From NCBI GenBank assembly GCA_031362565.1, contig JANLSU010000073.1, forward strand, positions 64,001 to 128,000: a DNA stretch of 64,000 bases, written 5' to 3'. The notes under the pieces are model-generated. The model ran no database searches, was not told the origin of the DNA, and was given only the letters and a program-made list of their open reading frames with translations. Position 1 is the stretch's first letter; the number at the start of each line of letters is the position of its first letter. The translations under genes were made by a program, and so were the position numbers. Shown in pieces: positions 59,071-64,000 of the stretch. This DNA is from a bacterium. GTDB lineage: Bacteria; Krumholzibacteriota; Krumholzibacteriia; G020349025.

Positions 59071-59831
59071 ACACGCCGGCCGCTATCCCGGCGCCAGCAC
59101 CGGCGCGCACCCCGCTCGTGGCTCTGGGTAAGGTCTTTTTCCGGAGCCGCGACGTGACGCTGCCGGCTGTCCTGGTGCTGCTCACAGCCCTCGGTACCGC
59201 CCGCGATCCACTCGCTGGACCGGCCGCGGACCGGGTGATGACCGTGCTGGGCATCGCGCTCGCCCTCGCCGGCCAAGCCTTGCGCGCCGTCGTCATCGGC
59301 CTCGTCTACATCCAACGCGGCGGCAAGAACCGCCGGATTCATGCCGATACGCTCGTCACGGACGGCTTCTTCGCCCACTGCCGGAACCCGCTCTACGTCG
59401 GCAACATCGCGATCCAGGTTGGACTGTTGTGCGTGCTGCACTCGTTCTGGGGCTACGTCATTGGAGTGCCCTTCGTGCTGCTCGTGTACGTAGCGATCGT
59501 TGCCGCCGAAGAAGAGTTCCTGCGCCGCCAATTCGGTGCCGCATATCACGCCTACTGCCGCCGGGTGCGCCGCTTCGTGCCGCGTTTGACCGGCCTGGGT
59601 GAAACGCTGCGCAGTACGTCGTTCGAGTGGCGCCGTCTGGTCCGCAAGGAGTACGGCGCGACCGCCGCCTGGATGTCGATGTGCGGCGCCATTCTCTTGT
59701 GGAAGACCTACCGCCAGGGTGGGTTCGCGGCGCGGCCTGACTTCGTGCGTGGCGTCGTGATCGCCTGGGGCCTCGTTCTGGTGGGCTACGGCGTGGCGCG
59801 CGCCCTCAAGAAGGCCGGCCGGCTCGGCTGA
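59067..59831 (+). CDS. ICMT/PEMT-superfamily integral membrane SAM-type transferase, LmtA (lipid A phosphate methyltransferase)-like
   Basis: GKVFFRSRD, LVTDGFFAHCRNPLYVGN, AEEEFLRRQFGAAY..Y...VRRFVP, FEWRRLVRKEY; GTGA overlap with cmoA. Confidence 0.85.
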   Translation: MNTPAAIPAPAPARTPLVALGKVFFRSRDVTLPAVLVLLTALGTARDPLAGPAADRVMTVLGIALALAGQALRAVVIGLVYIQRGGKNRRIHADTLVTDGFFAHCRNPLYVGNIAIQVGLLCVLHSFWGYVIGVPFVLLVYVAIVAAEEEFLRRQFGAAYHAYCRRVRRFVPRLTGLGETLRSTSFEWRRLVRKEYGATAAWMSMCGAILLWKTYRQGGFAARPDFVRGVVIAWGLVLVGYGVARALKKAGRLG

Positions 59832-59867
59832 TCGGGAAGTCTGCTGCCGGCGCATTCGCGCCGGCGA

Positions 59868-62273
59868 CTAGCGGCCGGCCGCCTTCAGGATCGCCGCCAC
59901 AATGTCGTCGTAGTTCGAGCCGAAACGGTGCCCGCTCGCGATTGCGTGCTTCTCGACGAGCGTCGAATCGAGTTGCGGGCCGATCGTGTCCGCGTCTTCC
60001 GTGCCATAGAAGGCCAGCATGCGGGTGCCGCGCAGTTGCTCGAGCTCGGGCAATGTCGGGCGCGCCGTCGGACGCTTGGCGTCACGAATCAGATCCATCA
60101 TATGGAATTCGAAGTCGGCACGCGCCGCGATGCCGAGGAGCGCGACCACATCGGTGCGCTGCCGGAGATCGCGTGGCAGGCGATTGAGCAGGAACGGCAG
60201 GACGTCGGCGCCGTGCGAGTATCCCACATAGACGACGCGCTCCTTGTGCCAGGCAGCGAGATAGTGCCGCAGGAGGCGTTCGAGGTCGTGCGCCGCGCCC
60301 TCCGGTGTCCGCGGCGTCCAGAAATAGTGCTGTGAATTCACCACCACGACGGCGATGCCGTGCGCCGAGAGTTCATTGGCGATGCCTTTGTCGGTGACGC
60401 CGTAGCCGCCGTCGCCAGTCCACAGAACCGCAAGCTGGTCGGTCGCGGCCGCGAGCGGTTCGACTTCGGCGAGCGGCAAGTCGGCAAGCGAGTCGACCGC
60501 CGCCGCCGGCGGCTCGCTGTGATCGGCGCTCGCCGCGACGCGCGCGAAGGCGTCCTTGAACTGCGGCAGCCAATTCTTCGGCACGGAATAACCATGGCCG
60601 ACCTTCGGCAGCATTATGAGTTCCGCACCGCGCACCCTGTTCACGTAGGCCTGCGTCGCAGCGGGGTCGCACACTTGATCGACGGTGCCTTGGAGCGCGA
60701 CCCACGGCACTTCGAGTCCGCGTGCCGGCCGGAAGAGCACACCTTTCCCCTTGGGACCAGGGTCGAATTCGAGGCCGCTGCCCTTGCAGAACGGCTTCGT
60801 GAGCGGCAAATCAGGGCAGAAGCCCAGACTGACGGCGCCCTTGAACGTGGTCGCCGGCGCCTGCACCACGATCGCATAGACGAGCGTCGCACCCGACGAA
60901 TACCCGACGAGGACGGGCTTGGAGTAGCGCGGGTAGTCGAACTTCTTCTGGATGAACTGGCTCAACGCCTCGAAGTCGGCCGCCGGGTACGAGCACTTCT
61001 CCGGCGCCGCTTCGAGTTTCTCGAGGTAGTGCGTGATGTCGATGCCGACGACCAGCGCGTCGAGGGCGGCAAGATCGTGCGCCATGTCGACGACGCCTTC
61101 GTTCCAACCGCCGTCGCCCGACACGAAGAGCACGACGTTCTTCGGCTGTGGCGATTCGAAGTACAGATGCACGGTCCCGAAGCGTCCGAAGGTAGCGACG
61201 TCCTCGGTCGCATGAGCCGCTGGTGCCGCGGCCATGAGCATGCAAGCCGCGATCGCGATGGCGCCGGCGCCCGGCGCCGCACGCCGCACGACGCGCGCGT
61301 ACAGGAACAGGCTCAGCACGAACGGCACGAGGTAGTACACGGCGCGGAAGACGATCGCAGCAAGCACGGCCTGTTCGAAGTCGACCCCCAGCAACACATA
61401 GACGCCGGTCATCGAACCCTCCTGAATTCCCATGCCGCCAGGCAGCATGGAGACGACTCCTAGGGTCACGCCGATAGCGAACCCGGTGATGAGTACACCG
61501 ACGTGCAATGGCGCACCGAGGGCGCGAAAGCAGAAACCGAGCGCCACGACACAGGTCACCCAGTCGGCGAGCACGAATGCGAGCGGCACTCCAAGCAAGC
61601 GGGGCCGGCTGCGAATCGTCATGATGCCGCGCCCGAGGGTGGTGTCGAGGTTGTGCAGCGCGGGAGCGAAATCCCGGCGCAGGAACCGCTGCCCTGCACG
61701 CGCCAGCAGGCGGGCCACGGCTTGCCGGGCCCGCGCCGTGACGAGCAGTGCCGTCGTGGCAACGAGCAGCAATACGACGAGCGCCGTCGCCGCGCATAGT
61801 GCTGCCGTGCGGCTTTGCCCCAGCGGATGATTCATGAGCAAGTACACGAGTCCGGCGGGCAAGAGCGACATCATGACCAGATGGTTGAAGTATGAGTGGA
61901 CGAGCGACGCCGCCAGAATGTCCTCGAGCCGATAGCCGCGCCGCCGCAATAAGATCGTCCGCAGCGAATACCCGGCGGCCCCACCCACCGCCACCAAGTT
62001 GTTGAGCGCGAAAGATACGAAACCGATTTCCAGCTGGTCGCGGCTGTCGAGCCGAATCCCGAAGATGCGGTTGATTGCCGTGAAGCCCTTGGTGAGGCAG
62101 GCATACGAGACGGCCGTGAAGAGCAACGCCGGCACCAGCGCCCGCCAATCGGCGCGCGATACGACGCGGAGCGCCTTCTCGCCGTCCATCGCCACCGCGA
62201 GAGCGCCGACGAAAGCCAACCCGATGATCAGACTGGCGACGAGGGCGCGGTGTCCAACGGCCGGTTTCGCCAT
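59868..62273 (-). CDS. Fusion of a lysyl-PG flippase-like TM domain (UPF0104/LPG_synthase_TM) with AcvB/VirJ aminoacyl-PG hydrolase
   Basis: N-terminal ~8 TM with LPGGMGIQEGSM and VFRAVYYLVPF; C-terminal two alpha/beta-hydrolase domains (SGDGGW...GYSSGA; TGDGGY...YFWTPRTPE...GYSHGADVLPF...GHRF). Confidence 0.85.
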   Translation of the reverse strand: MAKPAVGHRALVASLIIGLAFVGALAVAMDGEKALRVVSRADWRALVPALLFTAVSYACLTKGFTAINRIFGIRLDSRDQLEIGFVSFALNNLVAVGGAAGYSLRTILLRRRGYRLEDILAASLVHSYFNHLVMMSLLPAGLVYLLMNHPLGQSRTAALCAATALVVLLLVATTALLVTARARQAVARLLARAGQRFLRRDFAPALHNLDTTLGRGIMTIRSRPRLLGVPLAFVLADWVTCVVALGFCFRALGAPLHVGVLITGFAIGVTLGVVSMLPGGMGIQEGSMTGVYVLLGVDFEQAVLAAIVFRAVYYLVPFVLSLFLYARVVRRAAPGAGAIAIAACMLMAAAPAAHATEDVATFGRFGTVHLYFESPQPKNVVLFVSGDGGWNEGVVDMAHDLAALDALVVGIDITHYLEKLEAAPEKCSYPAADFEALSQFIQKKFDYPRYSKPVLVGYSSGATLVYAIVVQAPATTFKGAVSLGFCPDLPLTKPFCKGSGLEFDPGPKGKGVLFRPARGLEVPWVALQGTVDQVCDPAATQAYVNRVRGAELIMLPKVGHGYSVPKNWLPQFKDAFARVAASADHSEPPAAAVDSLADLPLAEVEPLAAATDQLAVLWTGDGGYGVTDKGIANELSAHGIAVVVVNSQHYFWTPRTPEGAAHDLERLLRHYLAAWHKERVVYVGYSHGADVLPFLLNRLPRDLRQRTDVVALLGIAARADFEFHMMDLIRDAKRPTARPTLPELEQLRGTRMLAFYGTEDADTIGPQLDSTLVEKHAIASGHRFGSNYDDIVAAILKAAGR

Positions 62274-62278
62274 GCGCT

Positions 62279-63913
62279 TCAATCCTCGGTCATGCGGGTC
62301 AGTGCGACGCCGGCGTTGACGAGCCCCGCAGGTCCGCCCTGATAGGCCAGGAAACGGTCCTCCCAGGCGGGTTCGAACTTGGCCTTGTAGTTCCGCAGTC
62401 CCTTGTACGAGAAGAACCGGTTCAGCCGTTCGTACAACTGGTGCACGGCGCGTTCCTCGAGCGGCGCGCCCGGGCGGTCGCCAACGCCGGCGAGCGGCGC
62501 GAGCCCGAGGCTGAATCGGCGCGCGCCGCCGGCGCCGAGCCGTGTCAGCGTCTCCATGAAGAGCAGGTCCATCGTGCCGTTCGGAATCTCCACCCGGTGT
62601 CGCATGAGATCCACGGTGGCATCGCCGTGGGGCCAGCAAGGAATGATGTTGACGAACGCCAGCGCCCGCCCTTGCGCGTTGCGACAGACGTAGAGCGGCG
62701 TCGTACCGATGTAGTCGCGCGTGAACGTGCCGAGCGTGAAGCCGCGCTCGCGGCGGCCCGGCACCGTGAGCCACTCGTTCGAAATCGCCTGCACGGCGTC
62801 GATCACCGCGGTCTCGTGCGGCGGCTCATGATACGTCACGATGAGTTCGAGCGTCTTGGCGCGGTTGGCGATACGGCGAAAGGTGTTCGAGCGGCACGTC
62901 GTCGCGGCGAAAGTCGGCAAGTCGACGAGTGCTTCTTCACCGATCTTGAGCACTCCCAAACCCAATTTCTGGTACAGCGGCAAGAGCGTCGGCAGCGTTT
63001 GGTGAAACGCTACGCGCCAGCCATTGTCGGCCGAGAAACGCAGGAAGGACTGGACGGTGGGCTCGATCTCGCCGGCGGGGCCGACCGGGTCCCCGAGCGC
63101 GATCGCAAAACCCCACGCGGCGCGATAGGCGATGACGCCCGAATCACCGGGGCCGAAGAAGAAGGACTTGTCAGGCCAGGTCTTGAAGTAGTCGAGCGAC
63201 GACCGGCCATGCGCCTCGATGATGTGCCGGGCCCGTTCGCGCTCGTTGGGCAGCGTGCGCAGCCGGAAGGCCAAGGGGCGATAGAGCGAAAACACCGCGA
63301 AGCCGAGCGAAGCGACGCCCATCACCTGCAACGAATCGAGAAACCAGCGCGCATGGCGCGTGTGCGCCACGAGGTCGGCGTTGCCCGAGAGCCCGTACCC
63401 GAGCAGCGAGCGGCGGATGGCGTCGCGCCACGCGAACTCGAGGCCGAAGTCACGCCGGTCGAGCAGCCAGAATCCGGCGGCGCCATAGGCGATGGCGGCG
63501 ATCAGGCTCGCGGCCACCAGCAGGATGCCTTGCGCGATGCTACGTGGTTCACTACGCACCGTAAAACGCCGCCGGAGCGCCAGGAGCAACACCAACGTCG
63601 CAGCGGGTGCGATCGCCAGCGTCGGGTGATGGCCACGGCCGAGGTGCGCGCCCGCTGCCACGGCGAGTGTGGCGCAGGCCAGCCACCAGGCGGCCCGCCG
63701 GCGCCGATACAAATGGTAAGACAGGTCCGCAAGCAAGAAGCCGCTGGCCAGCGTGACGTGCTTGCTCCAGTGATGTGTGCCGAACGGCAGCACGAATGAG
63801 AAGAGCGCCGGGGCGTCGTGGGCGCGGACGAAGAGCGTATGCAGGATCCCGAGCGCACCGCTAGCAAGAGTCAACAGCGCAACAAGAACGATGGCGGGAT
63901 CGCGACGCTGCAT
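62279..63913 (-). CDS. mprF: Aminoacyl-phosphatidylglycerol synthase (MprF/LpiA C-terminal DUF2156 domain with ~5-6 TM)
   Basis: LYRRRRAAW, DKSFFF, ALGDPVG, KIGEEALVDL, RERGFTLG, VDLMRH, GTMDLLF, FSLGLAPL, FFSYKGLRNYKAKFEPAWE. Confidence 0.92.
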   Translation of the reverse strand: MQRRDPAIVLVALLTLASGALGILHTLFVRAHDAPALFSFVLPFGTHHWSKHVTLASGFLLADLSYHLYRRRRAAWWLACATLAVAAGAHLGRGHHPTLAIAPAATLVLLLALRRRFTVRSEPRSIAQGILLVAASLIAAIAYGAAGFWLLDRRDFGLEFAWRDAIRRSLLGYGLSGNADLVAHTRHARWFLDSLQVMGVASLGFAVFSLYRPLAFRLRTLPNERERARHIIEAHGRSSLDYFKTWPDKSFFFGPGDSGVIAYRAAWGFAIALGDPVGPAGEIEPTVQSFLRFSADNGWRVAFHQTLPTLLPLYQKLGLGVLKIGEEALVDLPTFAATTCRSNTFRRIANRAKTLELIVTYHEPPHETAVIDAVQAISNEWLTVPGRRERGFTLGTFTRDYIGTTPLYVCRNAQGRALAFVNIIPCWPHGDATVDLMRHRVEIPNGTMDLLFMETLTRLGAGGARRFSLGLAPLAGVGDRPGAPLEERAVHQLYERLNRFFSYKGLRNYKAKFEPAWEDRFLAYQGGPAGLVNAGVALTRMTED

Positions 63914-64000
63914 GTTCTCACTTTCGAGGTCGCGGCACGAAGCAGCGATCGACCTCCACGCAGCTTAGTGCAGGGAGGGGGGGGCCGCCCACTGCCGCGT

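Noticed and set aside
62274..62774. First ~167 aa of the 968-aa flippase-AcvB ORF (apparent larger fusion)
   Set aside because: Shadow frame overlapping the mprF 3' end; the plausible start is ATG 62273.
63965..64000. Possible 3' end of an upstream minus-strand gene (…AAPPSLH-stop)
   Set aside because: Too short to support a call.

Overview
High-GC (roughly two-thirds G+C by eye), gene-dense bacterial chromosome segment. I saw no rRNA/tRNA genes, mobile elements or CRISPR arrays. FlgD/T9SS-like C-terminal tails (QNxPNPFNP), a C-terminal TWSKVKSLFR motif, futalosine-pathway menaquinone genes and a Bacteroidota-type exbB-exbD-exbD-tonB-PBP-TPR cluster suggest an FCB-group candidate phylum such as Krumholzibacteriota, Latescibacterota or Eisenbacteria (inference). 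Contents in order: LiaF-like/LytS locus; PLD3-like phospholipase D; CoA-binding protein; VPS10/BNR protein; M49 peptidase; a Ton system with TonB-dependent receptor and an ElpS-like secreted protein; ubiX-ubiA(mqnP)-mqnA; two glycosyltransferases; HExxH protein; atypical pyruvate kinase; ppx; phoBR-pstSCAB-phoU; class A PBP; RsmG-TrmH fusion; two tandem S8 proteases; MBL-rhodanese; 3-hydroxyacyl-CoA dehydrogenase-like gene; a translationally coupled chorismate mutase/DAHP synthase - cmoA - LmtA/ICMT-like membrane transferase operon; and a rearranged mprF/acvB locus. The best candidate for an undescribed system is the aro-cmoA-LmtA-like operon, which may make carboxy-SAM for carboxymethylating a membrane lipid instead of tRNA. 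Second is a probable PhoB-controlled outer-membrane scavenging module marked by 11-bp periodic arrays. All family calls come from motif recognition by eye; no searches were run.
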